Below, in pieces: positions 26,764 through 40,465 of a stretch of DNA of 64,000 bases. The notes beneath the pieces were generated by a model. The model did not search any database and was not told where the DNA came from. It saw only the letters and a list, made by a program, of their open reading frames with translations. Positions within the stretch are counted from its first letter, which is position 1. Each line of letters starts with the position of its first letter. Location of the stretch: NCBI GenBank assembly GCA_951406725.2, contig OX597829.1, positions 37,634,001 to 37,698,000 on the forward strand, written 5' to 3'. The translations under genes and the position numbers were made by a program. The DNA comes from Octopus vulgaris (lineage: Eukaryota).

Positions 26764-27687
26764 TATACACATATGTATATGAATGAAATTCTCAGAAACT
26801 CATATCTACCAAAATCTCATACCAAAGGCAATAGAGCATAATGAAATAACACACAAATAAAAAAAAAAAGAAAATTTTTTTTTTGTTAACAAAGGCAATT
26901 AATAAGTTATTTTAGTTTTCTTGCTACATATGACACAAGGAATTGTTCTGTTTCAATGTTATTTGAATAATAGATGTCCAGTTTTTATTTACAACCACTA
27001 AACATAGTGCACTGTACGCAAAATAAATTACTTAAATTCCGCTATTAAATTGAATTCAAATCTAGGAAGTGTATGTATGGGTATGAGGTATTTTATATAA
27101 GTTTTAATGTGAAGGTGGTGGGGGTTGTCAAACAGTGAACTCAGCAGAATTTCGGACTCAATGCTTCACAAGCATATAGTTATGTCCTCATACATTCCCG
27201 TATTCAAATCATGTTATTAATTTTACCCATCTCCTCACCCCACCCCACCCTACCACCACCACATCATGCAGAACTATGAGCAAAGAAGTTCCAGTTATGA
27301 CCATCCTGTCATTTTTCTAGGTATAGTATATTGATTGCCATATTATCCTATGCATCCTATTGCTTTTAAAATGGGAGGGTGTGATTAAAAAAAAAAAATA
27401 GTAGTCATGAAATCTAGCAATAGCAATAGCAATGATGTAGAGGTTTTCTCTATGAAAAAATCCTCTACATCATTGATTGATTTGCTAAAAAAAAACCCCC
27501 AAAAAATCCCCTTCTCAAAAACAACAAGGGCTTGCCAGATTTCCCTTACTTTTGTAGAGGGGCAACAACTTTGCTTTTCATCCTTCTAGAATTAATAGAA
27601 GTAACAGGTAAATGATTAATCCTGTCAGCTATGCATTTCTCTTATGAATTTGTGTTCTTGTACCTATATAACAAAGTATAACTCATT

Positions 27688-28141
27688 AGGCGTAGGAGTG
27701 GCTGTGTGATAAGTAGCTTGCTTACCAACTACATGGTTCTGGGTTCAGTCCCACTGTGTGGCACGTTGGGCAAGTGTCTTCTACTATAGCCTCGGGCCGA
27801 CCAAAGCCTTGTGAGTGGATTTGGTAGACGGAAACTGAAAGAAGCCCGTCGTATATATGTATATATATATGCGTGTGTGTGTTTGTGTGTCTGTGTCTGT
27901 CCCCCTAGCATTGCTTGACAACCGATGCTGGTGTTTTTATGTCCCCATAATGGTTCAGCAAAACAGACCGATAGAATAAGTACTGGGCTTACAAAGAATA
28001 AGTCCTGGGGTTCAGCAAAACAGACCGATAGAATAAGTAGTGGGCTTACAAAGAATAAGTACCGGGGTCGAGTTGCTCGACTAAAGGCGGTGCTCCAGCA
28101 TGGCCGCAGTCAAATGACTGAAACAAGTAAAAGAGTAAAAG
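27688..28141 (+). mobile_element. SINE family A, full length, with an internal ~57-bp tandem duplication (~27951-28067)
   Basis: Family consensus; ggttcagcaaaacagaccgatagaataagta.tgggcttacaaagaataagt occurs twice. Confidence 0.85.
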
Positions 28142-29877
28142 AGAGTCTCTTTTTTTTTGTTTCTTTCTGGCCTTCTCCAACCAGTCTTAGAGGCCTTGCG
28201 AAAAAAAAGATATAGGTATTGTCCTTCCTACTCTGACCATCTTCCCTTGCCATCTTCTAAGACTAATTTTTCAGCACATTGTAATTTTTTTCCCCCACAA
28301 AAGATAAGTTTTTAGTTAACATGGCACAGTAAAAACACTGACATAGCAGATATCAAGAGAAAAATGGTGGACTTATTGACCCAGAGCTATGTCTTTACTG
28401 CATGAGGCAGATACAGAAATAAAGCAACAAGAGGAACCTTTATATGGTTAATTTACTAGAAACAATTCTCAAATATCTCTCAATTTTACCATATTCTACA
28501 GCTACCATAATGGCCTTTGCTCTTTAGTGCCGACTGGTCTCGTGTCACCTACACTCAAGTCCTGAGTTTTTTGTTTCGCTTCTTCTAGCCATTCATACTG
28601 TGTCCACTACCTCCAGATCCTACATTATCAAATTCTCAGTCCTTCCTTTCTAGAATATTGGTCTTGTAGCGTTTCCTCTCTGTACATGGTGCCTGAGCCA
28701 CCCACATGCAACTGCCCAAGATGAACATTTACTATGTCAATCTTGCCAGTACTGAGAGCCTAATAAAGGCCAAAGGCACAGCACCTTCTTCCAGGACCAA
28801 CCCAATAACAAAGAAAATAAAAGAATAATGCAGTTTTGGGCACTAGACTTATTCCAGATGATGGTCATGGTTGGAATGATCTCTTATCATAAGCCTGCCA
28901 GCTCTATCTGAGCTGATCTGAAGCTAACCAACAACATAAACAAGTCAACGAAGGAAAACCTGTATCAGGCATGGGCAACCATTTTTGAGAAGCAGGCTGC
29001 ATGAGGTATGGCACATGAATAAGGTAAGCTGCACTCCTAAAGAAATTCAAGGTAATTTTTCAGTGGTGTGCCATATTCAGAAAGTCTGCAGGCTGCTGTT
29101 TGCTCAGGGCTACTCTATATGGTCACTCAACCTGAAAGAAAAGACAGCTAAGTCTTCCCTGAATCTTAAAAAAAAAACAAAAAAAAACTCATCATGTAAT
29201 GATCTCCTAGAAAAATAAAGGTTCATGGCTGGAATGCCTTTGATCTTAGCTTTAGCTGCTCAGTATAGATTGATCAGGAGATAAACAACAAACTAACATA
29301 GCTTTTCCTTAAATCAAGTACAGTAACAAAACAAGCTCTCCCCCCACTTCACACTCAAACAGGTTGGCAGTTCTGGAAGGATTTCAACCATGAAAACACA
29401 TTCAAATGTTCATCCACTCCAACATCACTAAGATTAACATTGAAATGTACTTGTAAAACAAGCATATATATGTATAAGTATATATATATATATATGTATG
29501 TACACAGATACACCTACACTCATATACAATCAGTTTTAACATCCTCTTTTCCATGTTTGCATGGATCTAATGGAATTCACTGGGGAAAATTTTCTATGGC
29601 CCTCCCTTCACCAACCTTCACTTGGTTCCAAGCAAATGATTCGAAACAAATGACACTCATTTGCAACCATCATACAATGTCAAGCCAAGGTCACACACAC
29701 AAGCGTGCACGCATATATGAGACAGGCTTTTATCACTTGTCGTCTACCAAAGCCACACACAAGACTGATATGGGGCTACAATAGAAGATGGTTGTCCATT
29801 TACAGCATAGTGATTAGGAGGCAAGCTTCTTAACCACTTAATCACAGTCATACCTGAGCCTATATACATATATATAT

Positions 29878-29918
<41 letters not shown>

Positions 29919-30663
29919 AATTTATGTGTAGAGAAAAAAGGTAGAAGCAGGTTGTTATTTGGCTTCAGGTCATGCATTATTGAGTAGTAATCCCATAACC
30001 CAAGATGTTCCTTCTGTATCCTTTGCATTTAAGACTTTAGAAGTGGGGTGAATGGAGGTGAATATGAGGGAAATCTGGGTATTATTTCTTGTAGCCCCAA
30101 AAATAGCAGCCATATCTCCCCCCCCACCACCACCACCACACTACTGTCTCATATAGGCAGCATTTCTAATTCACTTACTTTTTCTCCAACAATCCCATAC
30201 TACTACTAATAATAATCTTTTCTACTGTAGGCACAAGGCCTGAAATTTCAGGGAAGGGGACTAGTTGATTACATCGACCCCAGTTCTCAACTGGTACTTA
30301 TTTTATCAACCTTGAAAGGATATAAGGCAAAGTCAACCTCACCGGAATTTGAACCCACAATGTAAAAACATGAAATCCTGTTAAGCATTTTGCTCAGCGT
30401 GCTAATAATTCTACCAATTCGCTTGTCTTAAGGATTTGCATTGTCAGCCTGCAGAAAAGTACCACCCTATATTGTGCAGGAATCCTAAGAAAAATTCTTG
30501 AGATTTGGGGAAACTCATCACCAAACCTCAAGATAAAATTCCTGCTACTGGAATTAGCGTGCACTAACTTAATAATAATGAGTGAAAAAGAGGACAGAAA
30601 GCAACAATAATATTTCAGACTACATCACATCATATCTAATGTGACTTTCCTCTTCTGAGATAG

Positions 30664-30975
30664 TCATCATCATCATTGTTCGACCGTGGTCGAGACATTG
30701 GAATTTACTATGTTATGCCAGACCTCACGGTCCATTATAACATTACGGAGGTCCTGTTGCTGGATGTCTGTATCCCTGGAGATTACATCAGGGTAGGAGA
30801 GTGTGCGCCCTCTGGTATCGCGAGCAGATGGCTTCCAGAGGAGAAGAGTAGAAATTACCTCCTTTTCAGCTCTACAACAATGTCCAGCAAACTGGACTCT
30901 TCCACCTTTCACAAGAGATGATACAGGTGGTAATTTCCCATATATTTCTACTTTGGTTGGATGACGCTTCCACAA
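30664..30975 (-). mobile_element. Longer 3' end of the same RTE-like LINE family
   Basis: WKRHPTKVEIYGKLPPVSSLV...QFAGHCCR...LLWKP...GRTLSY; same tail as 23644. Confidence 0.8.
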
Positions 30976-32511
30976 GAGATTTTGAGCAGTGTGATTAGAG
31001 GGAGATTTGGCTGCTATTTCCAACAGGCTGAGTGAATGCACTGAGATTTGCTCATTCATTCCAATTGTGACTACCCTGTCTTTTTGTAAAGCTACATTGT
31101 TCAGTTTACCTAAGAGTATCTTATCTAATGTGCCCACTTTTCCTCACTGAATTGTATTGTTACCATATTTCTGTTGATAAACACCATCTTCGTTTCCATT
31201 AATTTTGAAAAAAAACGAAGAATTTAGTAAAGTAATTTTGTCATTACTAAGCTGGGTATTTAGAATAAAATCAATATGAAATTTTGATAGGAAGTTTTGA
31301 TTTTGATCGATTTAAAACTGGAAGTTTGTATCATAGAAACAGGAGTGATCTCTGATGACTTTGTATCAAAAGGGTTCCGTGAGCAGGGGGAAGTGATTTG
31401 AAAGAGATTTGTTGTGAGTTATTTCTGGCTGTTTGAGTGAAGGGTAAAGACTCCTTTTGGTCATGAATGACCATGGAATTGCACCTAGAAAGTTCCCCTC
31501 CAAGGCACAAGTCTGGGCAAGGTTGTTTGTGGAAGGCCAGCATACCAGCCTCCCATCACCAAAGGTCGATATAGCTTGGCACCATTGATGGCACAATTCA
31601 TTTCTACAGATGAGTGAACTGGAGCAACATGAAATAAAGTTTCTTGCTGAAGAATACAACACACAGCCCAGTCTGGGAATTGAACTCACTGTCTCATGAT
31701 TGTGAACACAACACTCTGACAATCGAGCCAGAAATACCATTATTCACTTGGAATTAAAACTTTATTTGAAATTTTTTTAAAAAGCCCCAAAGTTTTGTTC
31801 CTCACAGGAATGAGCTCCTGACAGATTCTTTCATACTCATTTTCCCAATAACATATCTCTGTGCTCTTATATGTATGTGTGTGTGAGTTGTGTGTGTTGT
31901 GTGTGTGTGTGTGTGTATGTATGAGTTGTGTGTGTGTGTGAGTTGTGTCTTTAATTTGGTTTTTGTGTTTGCGTAGATATAAAAATACATATGTTAAAAG
32001 TTATAAAAGTGTGTGTGTGTGTGTGTGTGAGGGTATGTGAAAACTTTTTGGTGGAGAGGTGCAGCCTGTAGTCTGAGGATAACTTACTCCCACACTTCCT
32101 CCTGCTAGTCTCAAAGGCCCAGGAAAAAAGGCCATGGTACTTGTGTCTCACTCTAATTATGCCAATCTACAAATAAAAAAGGAGAGGAGGGAACATGCAT
32201 GTCTACCACAAGGGTCATAGAGTGCTGATATTCTCACCAAGTCAATCCTGTGACACTGGTTCACTGATTCAATTTCTGGCTGTTGTCAATGGCCCATGAG
32301 AGAGAGAGAGAGAGAGAGAGGAGGGTACCGATTATACAATGTTGTATGTTAACTTGAGAACACAACATATTACTGCGTAACAAGTAAATCTACAGCTACA
32401 TGGTTCTGGGATCAATCCCACTATGTGGCACCTTGGGCAAGTGTCTTCTACTATAATCTTGGACCAACCAAAGCCCTCAGAGCAGATTTTGTCGACAGAA
32501 ACTGAAAGAGT

Positions 32512-32554
<43 letters not shown>

Positions 32555-32556
<2 letters not shown>

Positions 32557-32766
32557 TAGAAGGTTTGGAGATGATGTACAGGTATTTTATATTAGAAGAA
32601 ATGAGGTACTCAGAAATTCGGATGGTTTTATATTTACAGATATTTATCTGTATATTACATGTTTTTATACATCATATATCATATATTAGCGCTTTTGTCC
32701 ATTCTAGTGGAGTTTTCAAATTGAACACTCCACTAGAATGGACGAAAGCGCTGATATATGATATAT
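32555..32766. mobile_element. Short fold-back element in (TA)n with tail and the 3' half of a hammerhead-like motif
   Basis: Palindrome 32674-32766 centred on 32720; ggac-GAAA-gcgc-T gives a palindromic stem III; no CUGANGA box. Confidence 0.65.
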
Positions 32767-33874
32767 ATATATATATATACATATATGTGTGTGTGTGTCT
32801 TTATGTCCCCCACCACTGCTTGACAACTGGTGCTGGTGTGTTTACATCCCTGTAGCCTAGCAGTGTAGAAAAAGTGACTAAGTACCAAACTTTAAAAAGT
32901 AAAAAAGATTCAAGGCAGTGCTCCAGCTTGGCCACAGCCAGATGACAGAAACAAGTAAAAAAAAAGCTAAGAGATGATCAAAGATCTACAGTACAGATCT
33001 TGTAACCCACTAAAGTTCAGAAGAAATATGTATAAATACGTAAATGTGGTGGGGGAGAGAGAGAGAGAGAGAAAAAAAAAATCACTGAGGAAAGAAGTGG
33101 TGGTCTGCTGGGACTGGGGCAAAATTTTTGGGAATTAGTAAGAAACTCATAAATGTCCTACCTCAGTCACATTAGTCACTGCCACCTCCCCTCCCCCGTC
33201 AACATCCTTTATGCTTGGTTACCCTACCTCTTCCCTCCTACAACTCTATTCAAATGATAAACGTTTTCTTTCTTTTTTTTTTTATTTGAAAGAAGTAAAA
33301 AAAATGAAGAAATAAGATAGTTTTGTTAAAAAAAAAAAAAAAAGAATTAGGGTTCTTGTCTCCCTACAGAATAAAACTCTTTTCCATGAATATATTTGAG
33401 ATGAAGTTAATTATGGATGTTTGCTTAAATACATGTCTGGAGAGGCTGGGCAGAAATGCAGATGTACAAGTAACTGTTGTTGTTGTTTAGCCTCCAAGTT
33501 AGCCTTGAACCAGTAGACCTAAGGACCAAAGATGTTCCAGCTGTGGCCATCTCACCTCTACTTTAGACATAGTATATATCGAGGAGTACATTATCCAATA
33601 TATCCTATATTTCTTTAAAATGGTAGGGGTGTGATTCAAGGCAAATTTGGCTGCTATTTCTAGGAAGTTAAGATACAATTCAGACATACATTAGTTAGTT
33701 GGCTCTGGGATGTCTGATGTTTCTATATATTAGGAGAAAACAATGGCTGATTATAAACAAGTAAGCAAATTCTGCAAGCTGCATTTTGAGTTAACTAATA
33801 AAGAGAACAGTGACTCTAAATTTGATGGGTACAACTAGAGGGATGGCGGACTTTTAACCCTTTTGATACCAACC

Positions 33875-34102
33875 TATTTCTTTACTACCCACAAGGGGCT
33901 AAACACAGAGGAGACAAACAAGGACAGACGGATCAAGTTGATTATATCGACCCCAGTGCGTAACTGGTACTTAATTTATCAACCCCGAAAGGATGAAACG
34001 CAAAGTCGACCTCGGCAGAATTTGAACTCAGAACGTAACGGCAGACGAAATACGGCTACGCATTTCGCCCGGCGTGCTAGCGTTTCTGCCAGCTCGCCGC
34101 CT
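33875..34102 (-). mobile_element. SINE family B inserted in a piggyBac-like MITE
   Basis: Matches the other family B copies; host begins ttaaccctttt at ~33853. Confidence 0.85.
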
Positions 34103-34259
34103 AAAACTGTCCCTGGTACTATGATACAAATTCAGTTTTAAAGTGGTCTAAAACCTACATCAAAATCTCATGTTAATTTGTATTCTAGACACCAGCTTTA
34201 TAATGACAGAGATATTTTAATAAAGTCTCCATTATTTTAAAAATTAATTGAAACAAAGG

Positions 34260-34773
34260 TAGCTTGCGAAGACCTGTTGAGGCAAGTGAAATCGAAATCA
34301 TATTCGATGACTGGCATCCATGCTAGAGGAGCGCTAAGAGCACCATCCGAGTGTGATCGTTGCCAGAGCAACTAAATGGATTCCGTGCCAGCGGCACGTA
34401 AAAAGCACCATTCGAGCGTGGTCGTTACCAGCATCGCTTTACTGGCACTTGTGCTGGTGTCATGTGAAAAACAACATTCAAGCGTGGTCGTTGCCAGTGC
34501 CGCTGGACTGGCTCCTGTGCAGGTGGCACATAAAAAGTACCATTTGAGCATGGCTGTTGCCAGTACCGCCTGACTGGCCCTCATGCCGGTGGCACATAAA
34601 GGCACCCACTACACTCTTGGAGTTGCTGGTGTTAGGAAGGGCATCCAGCTGTAGAAACTCTGCCAGATCAGATTGGAGCCTGGTGCAGATATCTCGTTCG
34701 CCAGTCCTCAGTCAAATCATCCAACCCATGCCAGCATGGAAAGCGGATGTTAAACAATGATGATGATGATGAT
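34260..34773 (+). mobile_element. RTE LINE 3' UTR fragment with four ~68-bp hairpin units and (GAT)n tail
   Basis: Shares the 3' terminus of 43700-43868; repeated aaaagcaccattcgagcgtggtcgttgccag...ctggc...gtggcacgt units. Confidence 0.8.
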
Positions 34774-35089
34774 TTCAACATAAATATAAGAAAACTGGTT
34801 AATCATCCAACATGAAACAACCACTGTAGTATTTGTAGCAAGATAAAATACATCTAACAGACTCTGTAAGAGAAGCAGTGACAAAAATAGTTCAATCTAT
34901 AGCAGATTTTAAAATAGCCAGGTATAAATTCATGATTACATCCATATAAGCAACATTGCAGGCAGTTCATCTAGGGGAGCAGTTATTCTGAATAAGAACA
35001 GACAAAGGGAACTCTTTAGACTGGCCACAGAAAATCTCTCTTCTACTGGTGGTTCAGTGGTTGAGGGTGGGGAAAAACATATCATTATC

Positions 35090-35810
35090 ATCATCATCAT
35101 CATCATCATCGTTTAGCATCCGCTTTCCATGCTAGCATGGGTTGGACGGGTCAACTGGGGTCTGTGAAGCTGAAAGGCTTCGTCAGGCCCAGTCAGATCT
35201 GGCAGTGTTTCTACGGCTGGATGCCCTTCCTAATGCCAACCACTCCGCGAGTGTAGTGGGTGTTTTTTACGTGCCACCTGCACAGGTGCCAGACAGAGCT
35301 GGCGAACGGCCACGAATGGATGGTGCCTTTACGTGTCACCGGCATGGGGCCAGGCGATGCTGGCAACGGACACGAACGGATGGTGCTTTTACGTGCCACC
35401 GACACGGGGCCAGACAGAGCTGGCAAACGGCCACGAACGGACGGTGCTTTTACGTGTCACCGGCATGGGGGCCAGCCGAAGCTGGCAACGGACGCGAACG
35501 GATGGTGTTTTACGTGCCACCGACACGGTTGCCAGACAGAGCTGGCAAACGGCCACGAGCGGACGGTGCTTTTACGTGTCACCGGCACGGGGGCCAGCCG
35601 AGGCTGGCAACGGACACAAACGGATGGTGCTTTTACGTGCCACCGACACGGGGCCAGACAGAGCTGGCAAACGGCCACGAACGGATGGTGCTTTTACGTG
35701 CCACCGATACGGGGCCAGGCAGAGCTGGCAAACGGCCACGAGCGAATAGTGTTTTACGTATCACCGGCACAGGTGCCAGACGAGGCTGACAGCGGACACG
35801 AACGGATGGG
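35090..35810 (-). mobile_element. RTE LINE 3' UTR fragment with a nine-unit ~60-bp array (35265-35810)
   Basis: (CAT)n tail at 35090-35110; units begin ttttacgtg at about 35265, 35328, 35387, 35448, 35508, 35570, 35631, 35692 and 35752. Confidence 0.85.
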
Positions 35811-36673
35811 TCACTTAACCCCTGCTTTCTAAAAAAACAAAAAAAGTCGGTTCTCTCTGCTACTGTGTATGGATGTGATGAATGGTGCTAAGCACCCTGA
35901 CAAGTGCAACGATGACAAGATGATGCAAAATTGTCTGATCAATGCAGGCAAGAAAAGACATTTTAAAAATTACAATAAAAATGATAATTTTACATGCATA
36001 AATATATAGGATGGACATACAATTTATTTGCACTGTAGGCCAACTGGAGATCACAACGATTCTGGCAACTTCTCACAATACAACACCCTACAACAATGAT
36101 GAAATGTCACTGATGCCATCTGGGATGTCTTGACCTTATTACCATAGTTCCACATTTGGATCATATATTACCACATAAATTACATGTGAGAAAATGTGTA
36201 TACGTCTGTATGGGTGGAAATACATATCATATAAATGTTGTAGCCACAAACACACATACAAATACCATCATCATAATTGTTTTAACATCCACTTTTCCAT
36301 GGTTTCATGGGTTAGATGGAGTTCATTAAAGTAGATTTTATACAGCCAGATGCCCTTCTGATGTGACTCTTACCTGATTCCAAGCAAGGTAATATTTCTC
36401 CATGGTCAGAAATATTCTTCACAGAATATAAGAAATGAATGACATTTATTTACAACACTCAAAGCCAAGACAAGGAGATAAAAACATACATGTACTCATG
36501 CACACACATGATGGGCTTCTTTCAATTTTCATCGATCAGATCCACTCATAAGGCTTTGAATGGCCTGGGGGGTTGGAGTACAAAATACTTGCCCAAGGTG
36601 CTATGCCATGGAACTGAACGTGAAAGCATGTAGTAGGGAACTGAACTTTAAAACCACTCAGCCACAACTACAA

Positions 36674-36730
<57 letters not shown>

Positions 36731-36999
36731 CTATCTGCACACCATTAGAAGGTATGATATTGTGGAATTGATAGATAAAATCTCTTTGTAGACTTGATTT
36801 AAAAATACAATATATATTTTTTTGTTGCTTGTTCCTTTTTTGAGCCGTGCCTGGCTCATAAGGGCCGGTTTCCCGGTTTCTTGGCATATAGGTTCCCCAC
36901 CAATATATATTGGATTGAGATGTGTGTATGCATGTGTGTAACACACGCGTGTACACACATACACACACACACACACACACACAGGCGAGTATATAAGTG

Positions 37000-37113
37000 C
37001 AAAAGAAGGTGGGAAAAATAGTACTCAAATACCAAAGGTAGAGCAATATACTTCTTATTAAAGTTGCAAAATTATCACAGAACTGTTTTGAGATAATTTT
37101 GCAGCTTTAATAA
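37000..37113. mobile_element. Very short fold-back element with tail next to TA/CA repeats
   Basis: ttattaaagttgcaaaattatcaca (37055-37079) inverted as tgagataattttgcagctttaataa (37089-37113). Confidence 0.55.
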
Positions 37114-37591
37114 AAAAAAAGTATATATATTTTTGAATGTATGTATGAATGTATGTATGCATAATTGTGCATATTAAAAGAGTAATTCATGCAGACACCA
37201 TCCTCATGGTGGTGGTGGTGGGAGGTAGAGAGAAAACAATAGGTCTTTGAGTCTTAACTCATATAACCATTTTGGTACAAACCTGTTTTAAAGAAGTGAT
37301 CTAAATTAAAACTTTCTACGAAACTTTCATGTTCCAAACACAAGCTTAATGACCAAGTTACTTTTACTAAATTCTTCATCATTTTCGAAACTCATCGAAA
37401 CAAAAAGCAGTATATTCCAAAAGAAATGTGGTAACAAAATTGTTAATGTAAGTAGCATTAAAATACAAACAGGAAATAACTGTCCTTATAGTAGAAGACC
37501 ATATTAGTCATTAATAATATCATTTTGATTTTTGATTATTCCAGTAAGAATGGGAGAATAACTCTGAACATGTTTCAAATCTATCTTTATA

Positions 37592-37822
37592 TATTTCTTT
37601 ACTACCCACAAGGGGCTAAACACAGACGGGACAAATAAGGACAGACAAACGGATTAAGTCGATTACATCGACCCCAGTGAACTGGTACTTAATTTATCGA
37701 CCCCGAAAGGATGAAAGGCAAAGTCGACCTCGGCGGAATTTGAACTCAGAACGTAGCGGCAGACAAAATACCACTAAGCATTTCGCCCGGCATGCTAACG
37801 TTTCTGCCAGCTTGCCGCCTTA
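37592..37822 (-). mobile_element. SINE family B with TSD tctatctttata
   Basis: Matches the family consensus; direct repeat on both flanks. Confidence 0.85.
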
Positions 37823-38685
37823 GAGTCTATCTTTATAGTTTCACCAAACACTACTGGTTTACAATGTATACTTCATGGGTCAGGCTTCCATCCTGAGATT
37901 AATGTAAACACATTCCTTTCACTAATTGTATAAGAACTGGGAAGGGCAAAGGAAGGAGTTTGCCCTTTCAACACAAAACCATTACAGGTGAGAGAGAAAA
38001 AAAAAAGACAATTTGACAAACCACTAATACAAAGGACTGCTCAATACATCTATTATGTAGTACACACCTAGGTTCATCTATTGGCATTTACTGCCATTCA
38101 TGGTCCCCAGGTATTCTATACAATCAAATGGTTTGTAGTATCAACAGCGAAAACCAAAGAGAAATAGATGCAGTCTTACCTTTTCCTTCCTCCACTTTGT
38201 TGATCTTTTAATGAAATGAGGTAATATCTTCTACTTCTCTACCAAAGCAACTTATCTACTGATTACTTATGGGCTATACCTAGGCTTAACTTACAGTGTG
38301 CACAGGTGTGTGCATATGTGTGTGTGTATGTATATGTATATATATATAGATACACACACACACATATTCGTTTATGTATGAGTAAACATCAATATGTATA
38401 TATACACACATGTGCAGACATACATAGATACATGCAGAATATGTGTGTATGCAGATAAATATACACATTTGATGCTTCTAATAAAAACAAATGTAAGTTT
38501 GTTTATACATACACATGTGATGTATATATATATACACACACAAATATATATATAAATATATATACATAAATATATATTTATATAAAATATATATATACAT
38601 ATAAGACAGGTACATATATATACACACAAGGGTACTACATTAATATGTGTATATTATATATATATATATATATATATAAATTTAT

Positions 38686-38962
38686 ATATGAGGATAATAT
38701 CGATATTTAAGTGTCGAAATTATCAAGTGGCCAGCATGAAAGAAATACCTTACAAAGGTAAAAAAAATTTTTTAACAATTAAAAATGAGGGTGTCTAAAA
38801 GACACCAACATGCCGAAATAGCAGTCGAAACACTGACTATAGTACCACGTTAAATGTTCATATCGCACCATGGTGATGGTGCGATATGAACATTTAACAT
38901 GGTACTATAGTCAGTGTTTCGACTGCTATTTCGGCATGTTGGTGTCTTTTAGACACCCTCAT

Positions 38963-38970
<8 letters not shown>
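38686..38970. mobile_element. Fold-back element in (TA)n with one-sided tail and degenerate hammerhead-like remnant
   Basis: Palindrome 38777-38970 with 4-nt loop ggtg (38872-38875); ATGA-gg...cc-GAAA-tagcag-TC lacks the leading CTG. Confidence 0.7.
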
Positions 38971-39009
<39 letters not shown>

Positions 39010-40149
39010 TTTGCCTGTACGGCTGATATTCGCTGCCACTAGTAATGGTATTTTGATAGTACTATCACTCTCATATTTACTTATATATATATATATAGAC
39101 GACGACAATGATGATTCATACATACACATGCACACATAAGCTCTTGCACATACATACTCACCTTTCAACCCATAAACAATAGCAGGGTTCTAGGTTTTCT
39201 ATTTACATCTGAATTTTCTTCTACGACTTTAAAAGATTTAGGTTGAGACCTCTGGCATGACCAATTGGTCCTAAACTTCTTAGGTATGTTCAGGAGAACT
39301 ATAACAGACTAAAGTGAACTGAAGACCACTTGGTTTCAAGCTAAATACCTTGATAAAACTGTTGCTAACATCTCTGATAACATCTCGGAAGCCATTCATT
39401 TACATCTAGTTTTCCTAGCAACCACCAAACAATAGAGTATTGAACTCAAAGGCCTTCTCACATAAACAAATTAGGTATAGGGACTCGCTCTTTACTAAAA
39501 ATTTTCCTTGTAGCTGCTTTACTAAAATGAAAACATCAGTGGTACTGCGGCGAGCTGGCAGAAACGTTAGCATGCCAGGCGAAATGCTGATTCTTAACGT
39601 TTCAGAATATTGGCAAACATTTTATTTTCTGCTTCTTCTCTCAAAATTACATACAGCTAATATCTAGCCATTCTTCTATCAAGTGGATGTTGTTCCTTGC
39701 TATTTGCAGATTAATTTCCAGAAATTCTTAGTTGTCTTCTACATCAGCAATCTCTAACACTTTTTGGGGTTCACAGACCAAGGGATCATGCACATAACAA
39801 TAAAATGCATAATTTAATTACTAAATATATAATAGAAATACACTCTGCAGACTGCAAGACTCAACAAAATAGAAATAAAATTTAATAATTCCTTCTTCCT
39901 ATTTGTTCCAATGATCCATGGCTTGGCATTGTCTAAAACTTGATGTTCTATAGCATAAATTGCTATTCCTTTTCCTTCTTGCAAAAAGCACTGTCTTGTA
40001 CTGCTTTAAACTTGTTGTATTTCTGGGAAATCTTTTAGCTTCCATGCCATTCTTCTTCAGTTTGGCTTGCACCTCAGAGTCTATTTAGCATGTTCCCTAC
40101 TATCACTAATCACTGGTCTATTTTAATTGTATATTCTTTACTCTGGCAC

Positions 40150-40465
40150 TCCTTCAGTTATGATGATGAAGGTTCCAGTTGATCCAATCAACAGAACAGC
40201 CTGCTAGTGAAATTAACATTCAAGTGGCGGAGTACTGCACAGACACGTGTACCCTTAAAGTAGCTCTAGGGGAGATTCAGTGTGACACAGAATGTGACAA
40301 AACTGGCCCCTTTGAACTACAGGTACAACTCAAATTTGCCAGCTGAGTTGACTGGAGCAACGTGAAATAAAGTGTCTTGCTCAAGGACATGCGTCACTGG
40401 AAATTGAACTCATGACCTTACAATCACGAGCCAAATACCTTAACCACTAAGCCAAAAGCCTTCAC
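40150..40465 (-). mobile_element. SINE family D
   Basis: Reverse complement matches 58238-58545. Confidence 0.7.

Noticed and set aside
35142-35832. Long overlapping ORFs (215, 190, 138 aa) and a CRISPR-like appearance
   Set aside because: ORFs arise from a stop-poor GC-rich tandem array; units recur as A/B types with no unique spacers and there are no cas genes in this eukaryotic context.
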